Shown here: positions 27,050 through 37,120 of the stretch, piece by piece
Numbering within the stretch: position 1 is the first letter of the stretch
How the letters are laid out: the number at the start of each line of letters is the position of its first letter
Source: Octopus sinensis
Lineage: Eukaryota
DNA length: 64,000 nt
Direction: 5' to 3'
Assembly: GCF_006345805.1 (NCBI RefSeq)
Contig: NC_042999.1
Coordinates: 2,046,001-2,110,000 of the forward strand
The notes under the pieces: model-generated
The model's input: only the letters and a program-made list of their open reading frames with translations
Told to the model about the DNA's origin: nothing
Databases searched by the model: none
Made by a program: the position numbers and the translations under genes

Positions 27050-27310
27050 AGAAAAAAAGGGAAAAAAAACACAGCAACGCAGGACGTGGAACAATTAAAG
27101 TATTATTGACGCTCAGGAAAGAAGGGAAGGAGGGTTTAACGTTTCGAGCGGAGCTCTTCGTCGGAAACAAGGAGAAGGAAAGATCCCAAGGAGGCAAGAC
27201 AGAGGAGACAATATTTGAGCTGGTGGTGCTTAAGAGATCACATGTTGAAAAGAACAGAATTTGGAGGTAGTTGAAAAATGGTTTTATAATGCAAGAGAGT
27301 TCCAAAAACA
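27050..27310 (-). mobile_element. Penelope-type pseudo-LTR with hammerhead
   Basis: Clearly homologous, but not identical, to 32060-32215. Contains the hammerhead listed next. Confidence 0.75.
27134..27168 (-). ncRNA. 35-nt minimal hammerhead, CCGACGA (U4C) core variant
   Basis: Reverse complement: GTTT CCGACGA A GAGC tcc GCTC GAAA CG TT AAAC. Stem I GTTT/AAAC, stem II GAGC/GCTC, palindromic stem III ACGT. Confidence 0.75.
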
Positions 27311-27319
27311 GGGAATGCC

Positions 27320-27494
27320 TGTGTGTGTGCGTGTGTGTGTGTGTGCAAGATGACAAGTGTGTTTGTGCGTGCGTGTGTGTGTGTATTTTTGGTGAATAGA
27401 TAATGACAAAGCCAGCTGTGGTGATGACTACTAGCTGTTTGTGTCAAGGTAGGTCAAAGACAGGTCAAAAAACATCATATGTGTGTGTTGTTTG

Positions 27495-27529
<35 letters not shown>

Positions 27530-29720
27530 CGTGTGTGTATGCGAAGAGTGTGGGTGTGTGGCGTAACCCTCGTACGTGTGTGCTTGTACGTGCGTGTGTG
27601 TGTGTAGGGGGATGTATATGTGGGTTCATTTGTGTGAGAGTGTATGTATGTGCGTGTATGTGTGCGTTTGTATGTGTTTGTGTGTATGTGTGCGTGCGCG
27701 GATGGGTGTATATTGTGTATGTATATCTGTCGGTGTGTATGTGAGTTTGTGTGTGTTTGTACGCGTGTATGTGTGTGTGAGTGTATAGTATATATATATA
27801 TATATATGTAAATGTATGCGTGTGTGTGTACGTGCGTGCGAGTGTATGTATGTATATATGTGTGCGTGTGTGTACAATGTAGGGGCTTATATGTGTGTTT
27901 ATATGTGTGTGTGTATGTATGTGTGTATGTGTGTGTATGTGTATGTATGTATGTATGTATATATATATGCGTGTGTGTGTGTATGTATGTGTGTGTGTAT
28001 GTGTGTATGCATGCGTGTGTGTATGTATGTGTGTATGTGTGTGTGTATGTGTGTATGTATGTATGTGTGTGTGTATGTGTGTGTGTATGTATGTATGTAC
28101 GTACGTATGTATGTATGTATGTGTGTGTATGTATGTATGTACGTATGTGTGTATGTATGTATTTTTGCATGCGTGTATGTGTGTATGTGCGTGTGTGTAC
28201 ATATGTATGTTTATGTATGTGTGTGTATGTATGTATTTATGTATGTAGTGTATGTATGTGTGTGTGTATGTATGTATGTGTGCATGCGTGTATGTGTGCA
28301 TGTGTGTGTTTGTATGTATGTATATATAGTGTGTGTATGTGTGTGTGTTATGTATATGGTGTGTATGTGTGCGTATGTATGTATGGTGTATGTGTGTGTA
28401 TGTATGTATGTGTATGTGTGTAAGTTTGTGTGTATGTATGTATGTATGTACGTGTGTGTGTATGTATGTGTGCGTGCGTGTGTGTGTATGTGTATGTGTG
28501 TGTGTATGTATATGTATGTTTGTGTATGTATGTATATATGTGTGTTTGTATGTGTGTATATATGTATGTATGTGTGTATGCGTGTGTGTATGTGCGTGTG
28601 TATGTGTGTAAGTGTGTATGTATGTGTGTGTATGTATGTATGGATGGGTGTATGTGTGTAAGTGTGTGTGTGTATGTGTATGTGTATGTATGTATGTATA
28701 TGTACGCGTGTGTGTATGTATGTATGTGTGTATAGTATGTGTGTATAGTTGTGTGTGTGTATGTATGTATGTGTGCATGCGTGTATGTGTGCATGTGTGT
28801 GTCTGTATGTATGTATGTATGTATATGTATGTGTGTGTGTATGTATATGTGTCTATGTATGTATGTGTGTATGTATGTGTGTGTATGTATGTAAGTGTGT
28901 GTATGTATGTGTATGTATGTGTGTGTGTATGTATGTATATATATGTATGTATGTGTGCATGCGTGTATGTGTGTATGTGCGTGTGTGTGCGTGTGTGTAC
29001 GTATGTGTGTATATGTATGTGTGTATGCATATATGTATGTGTGTATGTGTGTGTGTATGTATGTGTGTATTTGTGTATGTGTGTGTGTATGTATGTATGT
29101 ATATGTATGTGTGTGTGTGTATGTATGTGTGTTGTATGTATGTATGTATGTATGTATGTGTGTGTGTGTACGTGTGTATGTATGCAGTATGTATGTGTGT
29201 GTATGTATGTGTGCGTGCGTGTGTGTGTGGGTATGTGTGTGTGTATGTATGTGTGTGTGAATGTATGTATGTGTGCATATGTGTATGTATGTGTGTGTGT
29301 GTATGTATGTATGTATGTATGTATGTATGAATGTATGTATGTATGTATGTGTGCGTGTGTGTGTATGTATGTATGTATGTATGAATGTATCTATGTATGT
29401 ATTATGTGTGTGTACGTATGTATGTGTGTGTGTGAATGTATACGTGTGGGGGGTTGGAGTTGTGTGGGCGTAAGGTACATGTGCGTGTGTGCGCTTACGT
29501 GCGTGTATCTGTGCGTCCCAGCTAGGTGTTTATAGGAGTGTGCGTATCTGTATGAGTATTGTCCCTGTGTGTGTGTGCACGGGCATATGTGTGTGTGCGC
29601 GTGGGGGTGTGGGTGTGTGTGTGGGTGTGGAAGTATGTGTGCGTACATGTGCATGTACGTTGTGTGTGTGTGGTGTGTGGGAGTAGGTTGTTTCGTGGGT
29701 ACGTGAGTTGTGTGTGTGAC
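27320..29720. repeat. About 2.4-kb (GT)n/(GTAT)n compound microsatellite
   Basis: Direct reading. The many His/Thr and Val/Cys ORFs here are artefacts. Confidence 0.95.
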
Positions 29721-29799
29721 TGCATAAGGACAATTATAAAATTTTTAAAAATAAAAATAAATAATAATTAATAACAAAAAAATTAAAAATAAAAGATGC

Positions 29800-32060
29800 G
29801 GGGGGAAGAAGTGGAGCGCAGTCACTAAGAGGAGGGAGCTGTGTTGAGTCGTGTGGGGGTTAGAGTCCGTAGAAGGAATATGAACATTGTTCCAAGTGAA
29901 GCCTAGATTGGGGAGAGCCGTTGTGTGGGGCAAGACCAAAACACCGAGATGTCATCGAGGGAATGGCTGGCTGAGCGGAAGTGCCGTGCGACGGGAGAAT
30001 TGGAAATAGACAAACATCCCACAGATGCTCGGTGAATCGGTCTGACACCCGGCGTCGTCTGTCCTATATACAGCATCCTGCAGCGGTTGCATTTAATGCA
30101 GTATATGAGTCCAGACGAGGTGTACGTAAAGGAATACCCGATACGTACAGTTCGCCGGTTGGAACCGGTGACAGCAGTGGTGTTGGGTGAGAAGGGGCAG
30201 GTGTTGCAGCGGGATCTGGAGCATGGGAAGGATCCGAGTGGGGCCGAGGGGGAAGAAGCGAGGGTGCTACGGACCAGGAGGTCGCGTAGATTCCGGGCTC
30301 GTTTGAAGGAGGACAGGGGTGGGTTGGGGAAAATGGGGTGGGTCGTGGAATCGAGCTGGAGACGACGGAAGGCACGAAGTATCTTCCGACGAAGGGGTAG
30401 AGTAGAGGGGTGGAAAGGAGGGGGAAGGGGTGTGGTTGGGGGTGGGGGTGGATTGGAAGGAGAAAGGGCGGTGGTGCGGTCGATGCGACGAGCGCGGGCG
30501 AGGGCGTTCAAGGCCAGGGTAGGTGGGTATCCTCGAAGCCTGAACAGGCGGGCCAGGTATTAAGACTGGGTCTCGAATCCTGGGTCGCGGCTGCACAAGC
30601 GTCGGAGGCGGAGGAAACTGGGAGTAGGGGATAGCCCGTTTGGTGTGGAAGGGATGGGAGGAGGAGAAGTTGAGATAGAGGTGGGATCCGTGGGTTTGAA
30701 GAAGGCGGAGGTGGTGAGGGAGAGGGGAGGGGTGGTCGATGCTGAGTGAGATATCTAGGAAAGTTAACGGAAGTATTGGATATGGTGGAAGTGAATTGTA
30801 GAGAGGGGTGGAAGTTAGAGAGGAAAGAGATGAAGTGGCAGAGTTGTTCGCGGGAAAGGGAGGTGGCGCCTATACAGTCGTCTATGTAACGACCGTATAG
30901 TTCTGGGGTCGGCCCGAGAATTGGAGAATACTTGGGCCTCAATGTAGCCAACAAAGAGATTGGCGAAATTGGACCCATTCTCGTTCCCATCGCGACCCCG
31001 GACACCTGTTGGTACGTTCTCCCGGCGAACGTGATGAAAAGTTGAGGGTTAGGACGAGCTCTGCCAGGCGGAGGAGGGTGGGGTGCTAGGGTGGGGGGGG
31101 GGCGACGGTCGAGGAAGTGTTGGAGAGTAGGAAGACCGTCGTTGTGGGGAATCACCGTATACAGTGATTTGATGTCAAGGGTGAAGAGGAGGTGAGAAGG
31201 GGCTGGAAGGGAAGGAAAGGAATTGAAGAGACGGAGGGCTGGTTGGTATCATGTATGTGGGAAGGAGGGTTTTGACTAAAGGGGACAGGAGCGGTCGAGG
31301 TATAGGGAATTGTGTTAGTAGGGCCAATTACAGGCCGGAAACAATGGGGCGGCCAGGGTTTGGGCTTATGAATTTTGGAAGGAAAATAGATGGTGGAGGG
31401 GCGGGGGTGTGCGGACGATGAGGTTGGTGGCTGGTGGGGGAGAGGCAGAAGAAGAGATGAGATCGCGGATGTGGAGGCCACTCGCTGTTGGTAGGAAGAG
31501 GTGGGATATGAGAGGGGAGGAGGCGATAGAAGAGGGGATTTTGAAGCTGGCTGAGCGCTTCCTCCTGTAGAGATCCGCGCGCCATACCACTACTGCTCCG
31601 CCTTTGTCCGCCGGTTTGATGACAATGTCATTGCGGCGACGGAGGTGGCGAAGGGCAACCAATTCAGCCTGTGTGAGGTTGTCCCGGAGAGGTCTTTTTT
31701 TTAAATCAAACAGGTTTACCAACGCGTTGCAGTCGTTCACAAACGAGTCTAGGCTACTGAATTGGCCCGGGGGCGGCGTCCAGTTGGATGGGCGGCGCCC
31801 CAGCTCCAAAAAGCAATCCTGATTATCGTGACGCTGCGGAGACGCGTGGTAGAAGGCGCAAAGTTTGAGGCGGCGCAGGAACTGGTTGACGTCCGTCCGA
31901 GTCTCGAATTCGTCACAAAGGCGCGTGAGAGGCGTGAAGCGGAGTCCCTTACTGAGGAGAGAGCGCTCGGCTGCAGAGAGGGGGGGAGATTGGGGGGTAT
32001 AGTGACAACAGTGCGAGGAAGCGGGGTGGTGGGATGAGTGGGGTCGGGAAGAGGGGGTGC
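29800..32060 (-). mobile_element. Penelope-like retroelement (RT + GIY-YIG endonuclease), frameshifted
   Basis: Ordered pieces across ORFs 31366-32079, 30508-31155 and 29903-30511: VVTIPPNLP..ERSLLSKGLRF..WTPPPG..NLTQAE..DIVIKPADKGGAVVVW; YQQVSGVAMGTRMGP; YGRYIDDCIG; FKRARNLRDLLVRS; CSRSRCNTC; LIYCIKCNRCRMLYIGQT; PVARHF. Confidence 0.93.
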
Positions 32061-32262
32061 AAGAAAGCACAAAAAACATAACAACACGAGGATGTGGAAC
32101 AAATATAGTATTATTGGACGCTCAGGAAAGAAGGAAAGAAGAGGGTTTAATGTTTCGAGCGGAGCTCTTCGTCGGAAACATAGAAGGAAAGATCCAGAGA
32201 AGGGAAGACAGAGGGGAAAAAAATCACCAACGGTATACACGCGGTCACATATATATAGGCAA
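32060..32262 (-). mobile_element. Pseudo-LTR directly upstream of the Penelope ORF
   Basis: Abuts the PLE N-terminus in the same orientation, carries a hammerhead and is homologous to 27050-27200. Confidence 0.75.
32145..32179 (-). ncRNA. Minimal hammerhead, CCGACGA core, stem III palindrome mutated (ACAT)
   Basis: Reverse complement: GTTT CCGACGA A GAGC tcc GCTC GAAA CA TT AAAC. Confidence 0.7.
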
Positions 32263-32829
32263 TGCTCCAGCATGGCCGCAGTCAAATGAGTGAAACAAAT
32301 AAAAGAATAAAGGACAATGGTTAGAAGTCTAATTAAATATGATTAATCAGATGAGTTAATTCGAAACATTGCACCAAATCATTTTCTATCTTCAATTTTG
32401 GTCAGAAAATAAAAAGAAAAAAACAAATGGTATTCTTATAGAAACAGAAAGGTTTCAAGCAAGCCATAATAAATTAAATTTGATTTTGTTTGGAAGATGT
32501 GGGTATAAATATTAAATATAATCCTTGCGTTTATAGCTTTTATGCAATGTCAGAGAGAAAGAGGGGGCAGCGATCATGCTGGGTGGAAAGGTCATATTTT
32601 GTTCACTACGCAATTATGTTTGCGGTTAGTTTATTATTCTGTTTCACTAATGAGCCATCAAACGTAGGCGTTTTGCAATTAGTTGGCTACTCGTTAAGTA
32701 TTCTGAACAATATACACCGTTTGCCATTTTACCTCTACTGGCATCTAAGATTACAAATGGAACATGTCATTTCCGTGTGCGCATCTGGAGTTAAATATCA
32801 CATATCTGCACAAATGTATGCACATGCAC

Positions 32830-32878
<49 letters not shown>

Positions 32879-32981
32879 ATATATACATACATATATAAAC
32901 AATTGCAGCGTGGGAGGTGTTTGTAAGCCATTTAAGAAACACACAAAAGCCGTTCGATTCACTTCAACATTTAAGTTAAAG

Positions 32982-33030
32982 TTGTCAAAATATTTTCGTC
33001 GCTTTAAGACCGCGACCTGTTCACTGACAA
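32982..33030 (-). ncRNA. Hammerhead variant with G3:C8 swapped core (GUGAACA)
   Basis: Reverse complement: TTGTCA GTGAACA G GTCGC ggtcttaaa GCGAC GAAA ATAT TT TGACAA. Stem I 6 bp, stem II 5 bp, palindromic stem III AATATT. Confidence 0.65.
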
Positions 33031-33051
33031 AAATCCGTGCTGCACGGATTT

Positions 33052-33100
33052 TTGTCAGTGAACAGGTCGTGGATTTTAGCGACGAAAAATATTTTGACAA
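33052..33100 (+). ncRNA. Second copy of the G3:C8 hammerhead variant
   Basis: TTGTCA GTGAACA G GTCGT ggatttta GCGAC GAAA AATATT T TGACAA (one extra A; U-G wobble in stem II). Confidence 0.6.
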
Positions 33101-33241
33101 CTTTAACTTAAATGTTGAAGTGAATCGAACGGCTTTTGTGCGTTTCTTAAATGGCTTACAAACACCTCCCATGCTGCAATTGTTTTCGTTTCAGCACACG
33201 ATCTCAGATCAAATCACTTGCTATGCAAGTACATCTCCGTA

Positions 33242-33300
<59 letters not shown>

Positions 33301-33407
33301 AATTAAATAATAAGGGTAGAAATTGATATTAATCAATTAAAACCATTAAAACCACACTGGCTTAGCATATTTAAAAAATCTGAAGATTAAAAATTGTGTT
33401 ACATAGA

Positions 33408-33776
33408 AAATTAAGAGGAATGGCCACTAAAGTGGACACCCATATAATATACGAAATGGAAAACGTTTTTCATTTCGTATATTTTCATTTGTCTTGCTCA
33501 GTTTTACATTTTGGCGTTTGCTGAGGTTTTTTCTTGAGAACACATTCTTCGTGGTAATGGCGATTTGACGTCTATGTTTAGCATATAGGGTGTCCACTTT
33601 AGTAGTCATTCCTCTTAATTTTGTATATATATATAATTTAAAAATAGGAGAAATTATTAAGTAGTTAGCGTGAAAAACCTCATAAGAGAAAAAATCTGTA
33701 AATTTTTTCCCTTGAATATACTTATTTATATTATATAGAGGGCATTATTACACATAAATTTATGTGTAATAATGCC

Positions 33777-33785
<9 letters not shown>
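33408..33785. repeat. Further inverted repeats: about 35-bp arms (33408-33447 / 33587-33622) and a perfect 54-bp palindrome (33732-33785)
   Basis: aaaattaagaggaatggccactaaagtggacaccc / gggtgtccactttagtagtcattcctcttaatttt; tatatagagggcattattacacataaa|tttatgtgtaataatgccctctatata. Confidence 0.85.
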
Positions 33786-33822
<37 letters not shown>

Positions 33823-33823
33823 T

Positions 33824-34012
33824 CCCCAAAACAGAAAAATAGCTTTTAGCCAACACATAGATACTTGCGCCAACAAAAAAACACCAAACTTCAGAATTTT
33901 CCCCCTCTACCAATTTAGGGACGATACAACCTCGAGACAACGAATAAGTAAAGAAAATCTCTTTATTACAAAATACAAGCCACTTCTTAACGGGTCTACG
34001 ACAAACAATTAA
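33824..34012 (+). pseudogene. C-terminal GIY-YIG region of a second, AT-rich Penelope-like family (5'-truncated)
   Basis: Manual translation PQNRKIAFSQHIDTCANKKTPNFRIFPLYQFRDDTTSRQRISKENLFITKYKPLLNGSTTNN* fits the PLE C-terminal pattern (H..C...F.IFP.Y....R...E..FI.KYKP.LN). A hammerhead remnant follows on the same strand. Confidence 0.75.
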
Positions 34013-34661
34013 TATACCTCAACTTTAGAATAAAAGAAATATATATACACAGACAAATATTACACTCCATAGAATCCATTACTAATCAGCCCCATCACAG
34101 CTATACTTACACCCAATCATATTCTCCCTTCTCTGTTTTTTTTTCTTCTTCTTCTTCTTCTTCTTCATCATCATCATTATCATCATCATCGTCGTCATCA
34201 TCATCACCACCATCTTCTCCTTCTCCTTCTTCTTCATCTTCTTCTTCTTCTTCTTCTTCTTCTTCTTCTTCATCATCATCATCATCATCATCAACATCGT
34301 CATCTTCTTCTTCTTCTACTTCTCCACCTTCCACCCCTTAACCTTGTCACTAATGTCTTTCAGTATAACGCCTACGCAAATTCCATAAACAATTCCTGAA
34401 TTGAACTGCGACTACCGTCAGCCACTGACCATTCAAAATACGACCATTAAGGCATTCCCAGATTTCCCCACCCCCTCTCCACATCAGCCTCATTATTCTT
34501 CACCTATCCTACCAAGAACTGAAAACGACCTCGAACACACAAGTGCAAACAAGGGAGTCAGAGAAAGGCAGAATGCTACTTATATCTGAACACTACTACA
34601 GAAATATTCTTTTAAAAAAACTTTTCTTCTAATTTTTCTAAATTTAATTATTTAATCGTTA

Positions 34662-34699
34662 CAGTTGAAAAGGTCTCAAAATGACCGAAACCGGTACTG
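34662..34699 (+). ncRNA. Decayed minimal hammerhead in the 3' pLTR of the second PLE
   Basis: CAG TTGAAAA GGTC tcaaaat GACC GAAA CCGG TA CTG. Stems I and II and the palindrome ACCGGT are intact; the core differs from CTGAAGA at 2 positions. Confidence 0.55.
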
Positions 34700-34758
34700 A
34701 AAGATTCACTATAAAATCATCTTAGCATTTTCTATTTTTGACTTGTTTTTTCATATAT

Positions 34759-34793
<35 letters not shown>

Positions 34794-35238
34794 CTATATA
34801 TATATATATATTATATATATATATATCTGTAGGCATAGGTTTTATAAAAGAATCATCACTATAAAGGATCATCAAGGTAAGATTCACATTAATACCTTGT
34901 ATTCTTTATTGTGACATCATAATAAAATAGTAGGATTGTTGTAAGAAAATAGAAATTGAATTATTTTAGAGTATATCACATGTTCACATGATATAAATTA
35001 TCCATTGGATGAGTGCCTGAAATTTGTCATCTTGAAACTTGAACCTGTACACCTCTAATATATAACAAATTGATTTTAAATATAATACTTTAACTATAGC
35101 ACATTAATTTACTCTATATTGCGTCAGTACACAAATATTTTTTATATTTGCATAAAATATAATAATGATATCTTCCAGTCTTGTATATGTAATTATAAAA
35201 GCAAAAATTTAACCCTTTTTTATTTTTTACACCTTTGG

Positions 35239-35618
35239 GAAAATATAGTTTATGTTGATGTAGAGAAGGAAGGGAGTATTGAAGGAGAAGGTACGGTTTT
35301 GTTAAGAAAGGAACAGCAAACTGAAATAAAGGGACACAAAGGAGACTATGAGCTGTGGAAAGTAGATTATGACACGGGGAACTTACAGAGGTCTATAAAA
35401 TATAAAGAGCTGAAAAAACGGTATGGGATTGATATAATGGAAAACGGAGGTGAAGGGAGCAACTGATGTCACTTGATGGGGCAAGTAACGCCATTTTCAT
35501 TTCTCATTTTCATTTTTTACATTATATCATACGTTTTATTTTTTTCCTTTGTTTTATGTCCCCACATGTGATGTATTATCACTCTTCGTTGACCCGTTAT
35601 GGGTAATAAAGAAATATC
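35239..35618 (+). mobile_element. Short 5'-truncated non-LTR insertion (L1/Tx1-like tail) with 13-bp TSD
   Basis: Flanked by TTTACACCTTTGG at 35226-35238 and 35619-35631. Ends in gggtaataaagaaata, like the neighbouring LINE and SINE B. Confidence 0.65.
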
Positions 35619-35634
35619 TTTACACCTTTGGATT

Positions 35635-37120
35635 AGAGTTGAAGTCATTTGTCAAAAGTAAGTCGAAAGTTGTTGATTGTTGTTAGTTTCATGTTTTTAA
35701 ACACTTTATTTTACACTTCGTTTTACTGTCTTACGGCAGATTGTTGATGCTTTCTCCCTTCTTCGAAGGCGATAGCACTGGTGTTAAGGATGGAGAATGA
35801 AAACATCAACCCCTTCCCCCAGGAGCTTATGTCTTTCGAAGAGGAACTACTGAGAGCAGTGAATGTAATGGAGGAACAAAAGGAGAAAAAAAGAAATTTT
35901 GCTGCAGAGGCCAAGCGCTACAGCAATGAAATGGAATTGTTGGAACTAAGCAACTATAAGAACATGCTTTGAGGGAGTGGTGCGATGTAAAGGTTCCCCT
36001 CCCCAAGAAGATGTAAAAGCAATGAAGGAGAGAACTATCATATACAGGACATACTTGTAAAAACCAAGAAAATAGAAATCATGTCGACCCTGCATACTGA
36101 AAAAGTTTTAAAAACAATCCAGCAAGGGATTTCTTACCTTACCAGAGGAAGGAAGTTTGGAACGATGGAGGTGCAGTTCCAAGAGGTAGCTACTGCCAGG
36201 CTATAGTCGGCTACACTCTTAAAGACGGAAGAAGTGGTACTTCTACCCATATACATTGGGGGACGTGCTTCCAGGGTTAGGGTAGAACTTATACCCCCTG
36301 AGATTCATGTAGCCAGGCTAGTAGCTGCAATACTGCTTGTCAACGTAGAAAAGATGATGGCCCTGCAAACCACAAGAATGGCGTACCCTAATGTGGCCTT
36401 TTTGGCCACATTTGTATCAACGAGGGGTTCTGCTCTCTCCTCTGACCCTGAGCGTTATCTCATCTATCGTAATTGTTTCCGGATTATCATGATTATACAA
36501 ACTCGTCAATATCGTCATGCCTCCTTCCTTGAAATGGGAAGGAAGAGCTATTTTCATCATGCTTGTGCCTATGGCGAAAGAATGTATCTGGTGGATGCAT
36601 ATGAAAGGATTGGAAACAAACACTTTCCTCTCTGGTCAATCTCTCATCAACTTCTTCAAGTATCACTTGAAAAGGAAAGTCAGAGTAGAAAGGCAAGTTT
36701 TGTCTAGCGAAGTTTCAAAACAAGATGGGTGAATATAGCAAGGATGGCACGTATGAATGACGAAGCCACCTTGAGCATAATCCTATGAACCCGGAAAAAT
36801 TTAAAATAGAGAGTTACTTACTTGCAAATAAATGTGTTAACATGTGACATTATTGACCGAGGTTATCGTGGTCTTTTCCGTAGGCTTTTCTTTCCACGGA
36901 TAAACCTTATCTGCTTCCCCCTTTACACCTTACATCATGACACTGTGATACCCGATCCCTATCAATAATTTTTTTAATTTAAAAAGAAATTTTTTCTTTC
37001 CTTTTTACAATCCCTTTTGATTGAAAACTTACCCCACTTTGTTTTTCTCCCCACCCCAAAAAGCTCTACTTTGTAATTTGTCCCGTCTGTGTTCAGCCCT
37101 GTGTGGCTAATAAAGAAACA
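35635..37120 (+). mobile_element. Internally deleted Tx1/L1-clade LINE (ORF1 5' part fused to ORF2 C-terminus + 3'UTR)
   Basis: ORF1-like remnants (..LTRGRKFGTMEVQF..LLPIYIGGRASRVRV..) are followed by AKECIWWMHMKGL..LINFFKYHLKRKVRVERQVLS, typical of the Tx1/L1 ORF2 end. No RT or endonuclease is present. It ends at AATAAAGAAAC. Confidence 0.65.

Larger units (their letters stand above)
32897..33185. repeat. 289-bp near-perfect palindrome (144-bp arms, 1-nt centre at 33041)
   Basis: aaacaattgcagc...aaaatccgtgc T gcacggattttt...gctgcaattgttt. Mismatches are concentrated in the hammerhead stem II loop. Confidence 0.95.

Noticed and set aside
21141-29535. Long ORFs (444, 364, 341, 521, 307 aa and others)
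   Set aside because: Translations of (AAG/AAC)n, (GAT)n and (GT/GTAT)n microsatellites; open in several frames and with no domain content.
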